The notes beneath the pieces are model-generated. The model was not told where the DNA came from, ran no database searches, and was given only the letters and a program-made list of their open reading frames with translations. Source: Candidatus Anstonellales archaeon (lineage in GTDB: Archaea > Micrarchaeota > Micrarchaeia > Anstonellales > J096). From it: a DNA stretch of 64,000 nucleotides. Numbering within the stretch: the stretch's first letter is position 1; each line of letters opens with the position of its first letter. The stretch covers positions 262,488 through 326,487 of the forward strand of contig JAWACY010000001.1 in NCBI GenBank assembly GCA_038896535.1, read 5' to 3'. The translations under genes and the position numbers were made by a program. Shown here one piece after another: positions 32,340 to 40,904 of this stretch.

Positions 32340-33086
32340 TTACTGTATATAAGATGGCTTTTTTTTCCCTTCTTCCATATGCTCCCTTTGCTCTTTTATC
32401 TCTTTTTCTATTTTTTCTGTTATCTGCTTTATTTTCCTTGCTGCTTTGTCTATCTCACTGTAATCTATTTCAAATTTGAAATATTTTGACAAAATTTCAA
32501 GGACTCTTTTTGCAGCCATAGGATCAATAAATGAGCCGTGTGTTTCACCCATTATGCAAGTACCCTTTATTTTTCCTGCTAATGCTGGCAATAGACCAGC
32601 TAAACCAAGTATGGAGCCTTTTGCTTCACCATAAATAACGCCAAGTTTTGAAAAACTGTTAATATGTTCAATGTTATTCGAAGCCCCGAGAACATGTTCA
32701 TTCCTTTCTAAATTGCCGGTTGCATACCCCCCTATTGTTATTATTTCATTTATACCGACTTTTTTGCACAATTTTATTATGGCATTTGCAATTTCATATT
32801 GCCCTTCATTTGTTGGTGGTTGTATGTCACCAATAAGAAATATTAAATCTCTATCTTTAAGCCTTAAATGATAAAAGCTCAATTGCATTGGTTTTAATTT
32901 TCCCTTTTTTGTTATCATGACCTGTGCTGGCAGCTTGTCTGATATTAAACGTCCTATTTTTTTTGCGCCCAATTTATCTACTATGTATTTTACTGTTATT
33001 CTGCCTACAAAAGCAACACCAGGCAAACCAACAATCAGGCTCGCATTTTTTTTTATAAGCCCTTTTTTAAATAATAATTTCATCAT
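32340..33086 (-). CDS. PAC2-family (COG1938) proteasome-assembly-chaperone-like protein
   Basis: 248 aa. N-terminal IVGLPGVAFVG glycine-rich stretch typical of PAC2/PbaA-like proteins. Confidence 0.5.
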   Translation of the reverse strand: MMKLLFKKGLIKKNASLIVGLPGVAFVGRITVKYIVDKLGAKKIGRLISDKLPAQVMITKKGKLKPMQLSFYHLRLKDRDLIFLIGDIQPPTNEGQYEIANAIIKLCKKVGINEIITIGGYATGNLERNEHVLGASNNIEHINSFSKLGVIYGEAKGSILGLAGLLPALAGKIKGTCIMGETHGSFIDPMAAKRVLEILSKYFKFEIDYSEIDKAARKIKQITEKIEKEIKEQREHMEEGKKKPSYIQ

Positions 33087-33329
33087 TTTACCACAAATAA
33101 TATTTTGGGTTAAGTTTAAAAATAGGTGGCCCGGCCTTTTGTGTCTTTTTATTGCAATGCTCTAATTTAAGAGTATAAACGCCACAAACAACGCATTTTC
33201 TTATTTTTCTTTGCATAAAAAATAAATAGAAATAAAAAATTAAAATGCTTTGGTTTTAACGGCTTTGTTGATTTAGTCTGACTTTATCAACATTTTTAAA
33301 ACTTTATCAACAAATAAATTTGTGGGATT

Positions 33330-33515
33330 GTGATTAGACAAAAATATCCCGTGAATAAATTTACCTTAAAAGTAAAGATTGGGTGCGATTATTACCCAGA
33401 CTTTTATAAGAGATGCACTAATATAGCCAAAATAATAAAGGTCAGTGAAAACAGCGAGGGCAAACAGTTAATCCAGAGTGAATTAAAGAAGAAGTTTGAT
33501 ATAAAGGGGTGGTAA
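33330..33515 (+). CDS. small ORF upstream of the MTase (GTG start), possible controller or leader; doubtful
   Basis: 61 aa with a non-ATG start. Ends 2 nt before the MTase ATG. No recognisable HTH. Confidence 0.2.
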   Translation: MIRQKYPVNKFTLKVKIGCDYYPDFYKRCTNIAKIIKVSENSEGKQLIQSELKKKFDIKGW

Positions 33516-33517
33516 AA

Positions 33518-34876
33518 ATGCAAAGTGGTGAAAAATTAAACCGCAGAATCTTTGGAATGCATTTTACCCCAATAGAAATATTTAATGAGTATATATTACC
33601 ACAAATTAAAAGTGTTCTTTATAAGTATACATGGATTGATTTATTTTGTGGAGAAGGTAATTTAATTTTACCTATTTTAAATTTAATTCCTTATCAAGAT
33701 AGACGATTATTTTTTAAGGAGCACATTTTATGCTATGATATAAGCAGTGATGCAGTAAATAAAGCAATTAATACTGCTATTAATTATGGAATACCAGAAG
33801 ATTTAGCAAAGGAAAATATAAAAGTCAGAGACACATTAAAAGACTACCCTGAAATCAATAGCAAATACCCTGTATTTCATATTACAAATCCACCTTATCT
33901 TTATTTAGGTTATATAAGAAAACATAAAGAAGCTTCTAATAAATTAATATATTTTACAGGAATAAATAGAGGTTATCAGGATTTATATCAAATAGCATTA
34001 ATTAATGATTTAAGGCATGGAATAAATAATATGATTTATATAATACCCTCTAACTTTTTATTTTCTGATTCGGGGGCTAATAAGATTAGAAAGGATTTTT
34101 TAAGGCATTATAAAATTAACAGTTGTTATATTTTTGAGAAAAAAATATTTAACTATACTGGAACTAATGTTTTAATAGTAAATTTTGAAAGAACTAATTT
34201 AGTCAATAGTAAGATAGAGTTTAACGCATATAAAATAAACAGCCATATAGAAAAAAAGAAATATGTATTATATGAAATAAATAATTTTAAACCGAACAAT
34301 GAATATTATGATTATATAAAAAATAATTTTAAAAAAGACCATTTGAATGTTAAATTTTATCTTAATTATACGGAATTGGAAGAAAATAAAGGCAGTAATA
34401 AAGTCATACTTTTAAATTCAAAGAATTATAAACATGGGGTATATACAAAAGAAACCTTTTATGTTAATGATGCATTATATAAAAAAATAACCTCAAATCC
34501 TCTATTTGTTAGAACTGTGGATACAGGATCTTTAAATGGTAAGGCTGGATTATATTTAATATATGATGAATTTGGAGCAGATGGTATTTTTGTAAAAGGT
34601 CAAACTTATAGAACAAATCCCATACAGATATTCATAGAACCTGAAATTACAAAAAATGAGAGTTATAAATTAATGAAATTATTTAATAATATTTTAAATA
34701 ATTTAAGAGATAAGACAGGCAGTGATTTTATGACTACATATAGATATGCAGACAACCCAAAGTATATAAGAAAATATTTAGGTCTAAAACAGGTCAAAGA
34801 GATATTAACAACTATAAGTATTAAAGATTTGAGAAATACTCAGGAAGCAATAGAGCCGTCAAAACATTTTTATTAA
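33518..34876 (+). CDS. gamma-class N6-adenine DNA methyltransferase (M.TaqI-like), the M subunit of a type II R-M
   Basis: Motif X HFTP, motif I DLFCGEG and motif IV NPPY, in gamma-class order. SD GGGGTGG 6 nt upstream of the ATG. Confidence 0.8.
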   Translation: MQSGEKLNRRIFGMHFTPIEIFNEYILPQIKSVLYKYTWIDLFCGEGNLILPILNLIPYQDRRLFFKEHILCYDISSDAVNKAINTAINYGIPEDLAKENIKVRDTLKDYPEINSKYPVFHITNPPYLYLGYIRKHKEASNKLIYFTGINRGYQDLYQIALINDLRHGINNMIYIIPSNFLFSDSGANKIRKDFLRHYKINSCYIFEKKIFNYTGTNVLIVNFERTNLVNSKIEFNAYKINSHIEKKKYVLYEINNFKPNNEYYDYIKNNFKKDHLNVKFYLNYTELEENKGSNKVILLNSKNYKHGVYTKETFYVNDALYKKITSNPLFVRTVDTGSLNGKAGLYLIYDEFGADGIFVKGQTYRTNPIQIFIEPEITKNESYKLMKLFNNILNNLRDKTGSDFMTTYRYADNPKYIRKYLGLKQVKEILTTISIKDLRNTQEAIEPSKHFY

Positions 34877-35513
34877 CCGCCTCATTTTTTATTTTTTCTA
34901 AATATGCATTATTTACCCAAGGTATTCCATCAATTATTGCAATTGTGCCTATTTCTGAACTGTCTTTTTTGGCAATATCTAATGCGACATTTAACTGATT
35001 TGTTTGTGTGCCACCGCTATCAGTTATAAATTTTGCCTCACCAAAATAGGTTTTTCCATTTTTCTTAAATACTAAATCTAACCCTTTTTCTATATTGATT
35101 TTAAATTTTTCACTGATATAATTCTTTAAAATTCTATCACTTCCATTTAAAAATTTTAAATCATTACCATTATAATTTTTAAAATCATTAATATCAATAA
35201 AACTATTTTTATATCTTTTTTGTAACCATAACTTAAAGGAATTACTATATTGCCTACTTCCAGATTTTGGTGACCTAATTAATGTTTCTAAATCCTCAAA
35301 ATTCATTCCTAACAATATATCCCCTATAATTTTTACAACATCTAAATTATTTTTGAAAATATTATCGTATCTTAATATTGAAATATAGGGATTATCTATT
35401 GGAAATTTTTCTAAATTTAGGCATGCTTTTACTAATCCAATTGGATCTTTAGCATTGAAATAACTTTTAACATTTTCAATTTGTTCTTGATTAATGTCCC
35501 TAAAACTATTCAT
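34821..35513 (-). CDS. putative type II restriction endonuclease (PD-(D/E)xK fold)
   Basis: 230 aa, convergent with the MTase and overlapping its 3' end. Candidate catalytic motif GLDLVF...GEAKF (D-x_n-E-x-K). Confidence 0.5.
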   Translation of the reverse strand: MNSFRDINQEQIENVKSYFNAKDPIGLVKACLNLEKFPIDNPYISILRYDNIFKNNLDVVKIIGDILLGMNFEDLETLIRSPKSGSRQYSNSFKLWLQKRYKNSFIDINDFKNYNGNDLKFLNGSDRILKNYISEKFKINIEKGLDLVFKKNGKTYFGEAKFITDSGGTQTNQLNVALDIAKKDSSEIGTIAIIDGIPWVNNAYLEKIKNEAVNKNVLTALLLPEYFSNL

Positions 35514-35760
35514 ATTTATTGGATATATTTCCGTTAATTTTTTTTAAATATCCCTCATGAGATACTATATCCAGACTTTTTTGTATCCAATCAATTTTAT
35601 TCATTTTATCAATCACTTTTATAATTAAGTTTATAAATTACTTTTGCTCATGCACTAATTCACCCCTTAACTCTCTTCGCGCATTCGCTAAATTATCCAG
35701 CTTCGCTCACTATCGTGAAAGATGACACTGTGCAATCTCACTTTTTCAACAAAGTTGGTT

Positions 35761-36069
35761 TTAACCAAAGAGGCTTGCTAGGCCAGCAGCTGCTTCTTCT
35801 TCTTTCTTTTCCTCTTTTTCTGCTTTCTTCTCTTCTTTTGCCTCTGTAGCACTTGCTTGCACTGGAGCAGCAACAACTGCTGCCGTTGTTGCTTCTTTTA
35901 ACAGTTCATCTATGCTAATGCCCTTTACTGCCTCTGCCAAAACCTTTGCTTTAGCTTCATCTGCTTGTAAACCAGCAGCCTTTATAACACTCAATATTTT
36001 TTCAGCACTAACATCTTGGCCAGCGCCATATAGCAAAAGAACTGCATGTAAATATGGGTCTATTTTCAT
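35761..36069 (-). CDS. rpl12: 50S ribosomal stalk protein L12e/P1
   Basis: 102 aa. Ala-rich hinge and acidic EEKKEEEAAAGLASLFG C-terminus typical of archaeal P1. Confidence 0.85.
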   Translation of the reverse strand: MKIDPYLHAVLLLYGAGQDVSAEKILSVIKAAGLQADEAKAKVLAEAVKGISIDELLKEATTAAVVAAPVQASATEAKEEKKAEKEEKKEEEAAAGLASLFG

Positions 36070-36090
36070 TTAACCACCTTTTATTTCTTT

Positions 36091-36924
36091 TTATTGTGCC
36101 ACCCTCTTCTCAACAGCATAAGCTTCTCTTATACTCTTTATAAGCAAATCTTTTATAAATGTATCACTATAAATGTTGGCATTTACACTTGCATTTTTTG
36201 CCTGCCTAATAGCATTTATCATAATCTCTTTTATTGATATTGTACTTGGATATGATGTATTTATACTGGCATTTCTAGCTTGTCTAATGGCATGAAATAT
36301 GCCATCTGCTATCTGTTCTTTTGATATAGAAAGAACATCATTAGTGTATAAGATACCATCATAAGCAAAAGTAACATTTATCCCGACTTTAAATGGTTTT
36401 ATTCCGAGCATTTGTAATGCTTGTGCCTTCTCTTGTGTTATTACCTCGCCTTTTTTAACGACAATAGAGTCTTTTGCAACAACAATTTTTCCTTTTTCTA
36501 TTTTTACATTCAATCCAGCAGCCTTTAATTGTGATAAAGCAGGTCCAGGCTGCAAATCAGTTTCTCCTGCAGGCACAATAATATCGAACGGTGCTATATC
36601 TCCAGGTTTTGCACTGACCTCAAGCTTGTTTTCGTTAAGCCTTGTATATAAATTGTAGGGCTGAGCATCTGCCAAAATAATAGCAGCAGGGTAATTTATT
36701 TCTTCTTTAATGCCAACATTCATCAAAGCCTTTGTTATAACAGCTTTTTTTACTGCTTTCATATTGCCCTTTAGATCATGTTTAACTATGCCCCTTATTT
36801 TTTGTTGCAGAACAGCTGGCGTCTTTCTCAAGTCAAGCAGCATAAATCCTTTATAATGCTTCATCTCTTTCAATAATGCTTCAACTTCTTGCATTTTTTC
36901 TTTTATAGATTTTCTTTCTTCCAT
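36091..36924 (-). CDS. rpl10: 50S ribosomal protein L10 (P0)
   Basis: 277 aa. L10/P0 N-terminal domain. Operon position between L1 and L12. Confidence 0.85.
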   Translation of the reverse strand: MEERKSIKEKMQEVEALLKEMKHYKGFMLLDLRKTPAVLQQKIRGIVKHDLKGNMKAVKKAVITKALMNVGIKEEINYPAAIILADAQPYNLYTRLNENKLEVSAKPGDIAPFDIIVPAGETDLQPGPALSQLKAAGLNVKIEKGKIVVAKDSIVVKKGEVITQEKAQALQMLGIKPFKVGINVTFAYDGILYTNDVLSISKEQIADGIFHAIRQARNASINTSYPSTISIKEIMINAIRQAKNASVNANIYSDTFIKDLLIKSIREAYAVEKRVAQ

Positions 36925-36944
36925 ATAACCACCTTTACATAAAC

Positions 36945-37565
36945 TTACATAACTCTTACTGGTTTGCCCATTGTTAATTTTACATAAATACTTCTTATAT
37001 TACTCTGATTAATCTTCTTTTTTACTGCATCTATTACCGCATTAACATTTTCAACAAGCACATCAATGTTTTGGTTTTCTGTGCCAACAAGGCCCTGTAC
37101 TGTTGGCAAATTTTTTCCTTTTGTAGAGATTATTGTTAAATCCCCTGCTTGTTGGAGCTGCTTCTCATTTAGCAGTGGTTTTGGTGGCTTACCTCTTTGT
37201 CCTAATATTTTACCCCATATTTTAGCTATATTTCCTATTACTTTTGGCGAAGCATAGAATAATGAATGTTTTGCAAGTTTCTTAAGCTCTTTTTGATCAA
37301 TTTTTTCAGCTTCTTGCAAGGTCAGTGCTTTTATTTCAGGCATTTTTTTCTTTAATTCATAGACAACAGCATCTTCGCCCACAAAAATAACATTGTTTTT
37401 CTTACCCCTGTCTTTTAATTGTACTTCTATATTTAATCTATTCTCGGGTTTCGACATATCAAGACGCTTGAAATTAATAATGATCTCTAAGCTTTGTACA
37501 AATTTTCTTTTGCCTTTATACTCGAGAGCTTTTTCAATAGCTTCCTTTATTTTCTCATTTGTCAT
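36945..37565 (-). CDS. rpl1: 50S ribosomal protein L1 (uL1)
   Basis: 206 aa. uL1 fold signature (…FVGEDAV…GKILGQRGKPP…). Confidence 0.9.
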   Translation of the reverse strand: MTNEKIKEAIEKALEYKGKRKFVQSLEIIINFKRLDMSKPENRLNIEVQLKDRGKKNNVIFVGEDAVVYELKKKMPEIKALTLQEAEKIDQKELKKLAKHSLFYASPKVIGNIAKIWGKILGQRGKPPKPLLNEKQLQQAGDLTIISTKGKNLPTVQGLVGTENQNIDVLVENVNAVIDAVKKKINQSNIRSIYVKLTMGKPVRVM

Positions 37566-37646
37566 AATAACATCCTCCCACTAATAGTGGTATAGCGGAT
37601 TGATTAATTTATAAATAGCAATGCAATATTTTAAAAAACCAGCAGT

Positions 37647-38039
37647 TCAACTAATTTTTGAATCAATAAGCTTTGCCCTCATCTCACCAATTTTAAAAAG
37701 CAAGTAAAAACCAGTACTAACAGCAAACCAAGAGAATAGAGCAGTAAAAAATTTTCCAAATTCAGTTTTTGGCGTAATATCACCATAACCGACTGTTAAT
37801 GCAGTTGCAGTAACGAAATAAAAGGCATCAATGAATGTCATGTTTTCAAATGTTGTGTAAAACAATATTCCAATAATATAAACAAGTAAAAATAGTAATA
37901 TTGGCTTTATTAACTCCGCTCTACTTTTTAATAATAACTTACTTTTTAATAATAATTGCCTATTTAGTTGTTTTCTTACTTCCTTATTTCCTCTATTAAT
38001 GATAACGCTACTAACTTTATAACGCTTTTTTTTGTTCAT
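37647..38039 (-). CDS. minimal 2-TM potassium channel (pore-only, GYGD filter)
   Basis: 130 aa. M1-pore helix-TVGYGD-M2, with no cytoplasmic regulatory domain. Confidence 0.7.
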   Translation of the reverse strand: MNKKKRYKVSSVIINRGNKEVRKQLNRQLLLKSKLLLKSRAELIKPILLFLLVYIIGILFYTTFENMTFIDAFYFVTATALTVGYGDITPKTEFGKFFTALFSWFAVSTGFYLLFKIGEMRAKLIDSKIS

Positions 38040-38468
38040 TTAAACTACCATAACATCTATTTTTCTCTTATATGCATGCATGACTTTTGTATAATCCTGA
38101 AAATGCTCTATTAAATAAAGTTCAATCTCGTAGTTTTTGCTTTCTGTATTGGGCGAGGCATAAACTCTTATAGGCACTTCTTTTTTTGATAGAGGTTTTA
38201 TTAAGCCGAGTTTTGCTATTGCTTTTTTATTGCTTAATGTCGGATCAAAACCCAAAATGCCAGGGCTCTTTATTAATGCCTCAATGGACACAAGCTTTTC
38301 TTTATCAGACCTATTTTCTACTTTTACTATTATATCAAGTGTATTATCCTTACCTTTCACTATCCTTAAAGGCAGGAGCTTATATGTAAATGAAATATCT
38401 TCCATGTTTTTAATCAATGGATATGATTTAAAAAACTTATCTATATTTTTTATGGAAGGTGATAGCAT
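38040..38468 (-). CDS. hypothetical protein, co-transcribed with the K+ channel
   Basis: 142 aa. Stop/start abut the downstream channel gene. No recognisable motif. Confidence 0.4.
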   Translation of the reverse strand: MLSPSIKNIDKFFKSYPLIKNMEDISFTYKLLPLRIVKGKDNTLDIIVKVENRSDKEKLVSIEALIKSPGILGFDPTLSNKKAIAKLGLIKPLSKKEVPIRVYASPNTESKNYEIELYLIEHFQDYTKVMHAYKRKIDVMVV

Positions 38469-38484
38469 GCAACCATTCTATATG

Positions 38485-38613
38485 AAACCAAGAAAAGATG
38501 AAGAGGAAGAAGAAGATGAAGAAGAATGGGAAGACGAAGATGAAGAAGAATGGGAGGAAGAGGAAGAAGAAGAGGAAGAAGAAGATGAAGAAGAGTGGGA
38601 AGACGAAGAATAA
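38485..38613. repeat. GAA/GAG-rich low-complexity tract (would encode poly-Glu/Asp with periodic Trp on + strand)
   Basis: gaagaggaagaagaagatgaagaagaatgggaagacgaagatgaagaagaatgggag... period of about 33 nt. A possible micro-ORF 38467-38613. Confidence 0.6.
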
Positions 38614-38643
38614 TAAAAACTACAAAAACATGAATAATATAAG

Positions 38644-38717
38644 TGGACTCTGGGGGATTTGAACCCCCGGCCTCTCCATTGCGAATGGAGCGCTCTGCCA
38701 GTCTGAGCTAAGAGCCC
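38644..38717 (-). tRNA. tRNA-Ala(CGC)
   Basis: Acceptor GGGCTCT/AGAGTCC with the G3:U70 identity pair. Anticodon stem CTCCA/TGGAG with loop TTCGCAA. T-arm CCGGGGGTTCAAATCCCCC. Confidence 0.8.
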
Positions 38718-38924
38718 AATTTGTTTATTTTTTATCGCCAACCATTTTTATGATTTTTTTATGTATTATTGTTTTTATTATGCATTTGTTTTAAATTGTT
38801 ATTTAATTGTTTAATTTTTTATCTATCATTTAATTTTTAATTAGCATTTTTTACCTTTTTTAATGGCCTTTTAGAAGAGCGATAAGTTTATAAATGCAGA
38901 GATGAAAGATTTTAGGGTGGGCAT

Positions 38925-39260
38925 ATGAAAGAGAGAAAAATAAGGTTTATAACAAAAGAACAATTACTAGAAATCATAGAAAACAGAGAAAATGTTAAAA
39001 TTGTTGAAGTACTTTCACATGAAGAATATAAAAGGGGGCATATTCCAGGGGCTATTAATATTCCACTAACTCAGATAGAAGAAAAGGCACCTGCATTATT
39101 GAGAAAAGACGAAAAGATTGTCGTTTATTGTGCCAGTTATGAGTGCCATGCCAGTACAAATGCAGCAAAAAAATTATTGAGTATGGGCTATAAAAAAGTC
39201 TTTGATTATAAAGGAGGAAAAAGAGATTGGATGTCAGCAGGTTTGGATATTGAACAATAA
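38925..39260 (+). CDS. single-domain rhodanese-like sulfurtransferase
   Basis: 111 aa. …HIPGAINIP… and active-site loop VYCASYECHAS. Confidence 0.8.
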   Translation: MKERKIRFITKEQLLEIIENRENVKIVEVLSHEEYKRGHIPGAINIPLTQIEEKAPALLRKDEKIVVYCASYECHASTNAAKKLLSMGYKKVFDYKGGKRDWMSAGLDIEQ

Positions 39261-39271
39261 TGCAAAAGTCA

Positions 39272-40249
39272 TTACTTCCAATTTGGACATATTAAATAAA
39301 AAGATTCGAACGGCGTATAAATAAATGACAATAATTGGCTATTTGATATGACATCAATGATTACTTGTACATTTTGTGCATTTTCTTTTATTTTCTGATC
39401 TGAATCTTTTTCAAGGCTTACGATAACTTTTGCATTATCAATGTCTATCATTTTTAGCTTTATTATTTTTCCGTCATTAAATTTTATTTCTCTTTCTTTA
39501 TATCCAAGTTCTAATGATTCAAAAGGAAATAATTTAAGCACTCCAAGGCTATAAATTATTCTATTTATTGTCTTATAACGTTCATCAACGACAATAAGGT
39601 TTGCATAATCTTCTCTTAAAAAGAATAGTACATCAAATTGATCAAACCTTCTAGTAAACCACCTTGTCTTTATAATTTTTCTTATACATTGTTCGTATTT
39701 ACATATATTGTATTCATAACCATTGTTAACTGCAATGGGCGCATTGAATGTTGCAGCATAATAAAAAGCATTTCTTTTACCATAAAATACATGTATTTTT
39801 GCTGGATTTTCATATATTATGTAAAAACCTTGCTCAACTTCTTTTGTTGAGTGTATAAATACTATGTTTTTTATCCCTTCTCCAATCTTTAAATTTTCTG
39901 GCATTTTTTTATATTCATCAAGCAGAGCAGAAGCAGTATTAGTAATAATAAAATCTTTTGATACATAAAAAGCACATAGCCTTTCTTTAAGCCAGCATTC
40001 TAAAAGTTTAGAATGATCTGCCTCTGCTGTCTTTAATTTATCATCTTCCAGTTTTGATATAAAAACAGGCTCATTCGTATAAGCATCATTTAAGGGTTTT
40101 GAAATTCTTCTTTCGTATAAAGGCTTTTGCATGTGAAGAAATTTTATATTTGGCAAGCAGGAATTGAACATGGAAAAAATAAATGGCAAAGTAAGGGCCA
40201 TGTTACTTATCTTTTTTGTTTTCATGTTATGCACATTTACTATACCCAC
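39272..40249 (-). CDS. hypothetical protein (possible signal/lipoprotein N-terminus)
   Basis: 325 aa, no recognisable motif. The true start is probably the downstream Met (MKTKKISNMALTLPFIFSMFNSC). Confidence 0.35.
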   Translation of the reverse strand: MGIVNVHNMKTKKISNMALTLPFIFSMFNSCLPNIKFLHMQKPLYERRISKPLNDAYTNEPVFISKLEDDKLKTAEADHSKLLECWLKERLCAFYVSKDFIITNTASALLDEYKKMPENLKIGEGIKNIVFIHSTKEVEQGFYIIYENPAKIHVFYGKRNAFYYAATFNAPIAVNNGYEYNICKYEQCIRKIIKTRWFTRRFDQFDVLFFLREDYANLIVVDERYKTINRIIYSLGVLKLFPFESLELGYKEREIKFNDGKIIKLKMIDIDNAKVIVSLEKDSDQKIKENAQNVQVIIDVISNSQLLSFIYTPFESFYLICPNWK

Positions 40250-40904
40250 AGTCTGGGTTTAAGCACGTTTCACAGCCAGCTTCCAATTTCAATGTTTTTT
40301 GATTACATTTTGGACAGAATTTTAATAAGTCATTTTCTATTTTTTTATTTTCTTCTTGTTGCAATACAATTGTTGGTAAAGGCATTTGTTTTATCTCTTT
40401 TTCTTCCCTTCTCTTTAAAATGCCAATATCATAGAAAAATTGTTCAAGTACATCTGCTATTTCAGCATACATTGATGGAATGTATTTTCCATTTTTGTAA
40501 TAACCGCCATTTGGATCATATATACCTCTCAGCTCTTCGATTATGAATGTTGGGTCTTCGCTCCTTCTAAATATTGCTGATATTAACCTCGTAAGCATTG
40601 CATATTCAGCTGCCTTTGTTAAATCTTTGCTGTTTATGAAAATTTCAAAAGGCCTCCTTTTGCCGTTTTCATCTATGGTATAGCTCAATGATATGTATAT
40701 TGCATAATTAACAAATGATGATTTTAGCTTGTATATTTTTGCATCAAGCATATATGGCCTTTCTTCCTTTTTTGCTTTTATAACCTCTGGCGTTTTTACC
40801 TTTACTAATTCTTTAACAAAAATTTGTTCTTCATCTAGTTCTATCATAATACCACCAATATAAATGCTAACTTGCTTCTTTAAATATGCCATTTTTAATG
40901 CCAT
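40227..40904 (-). CDS. nrdJb: class II ribonucleotide reductase C-terminal module (NrdJb-like) with C-terminal Cys zinc-ribbon tail
   Basis: 225 aa ending CPKCNQKT...CETCLNPDCGYSKCA. Overlaps the upstream NrdJ ORF by 38 nt in another frame. Confidence 0.5.
   Translation of the reverse strand: MALKMAYLKKQVSIYIGGIMIELDEEQIFVKELVKVKTPEVIKAKKEERPYMLDAKIYKLKSSFVNYAIYISLSYTIDENGKRRPFEIFINSKDLTKAAEYAMLTRLISAIFRRSEDPTFIIEELRGIYDPNGGYYKNGKYIPSMYAEIADVLEQFFYDIGILKRREEKEIKQMPLPTIVLQQEENKKIENDLLKFCPKCNQKTLKLEAGCETCLNPDCGYSKCA

Noticed and set aside
38478-38741. 87-aa minus-strand ORF with poly-Ser
   Set aside because: It overlaps tRNA-Ala(CGC) and is the antisense reading of the GAA repeat, so it is spurious.
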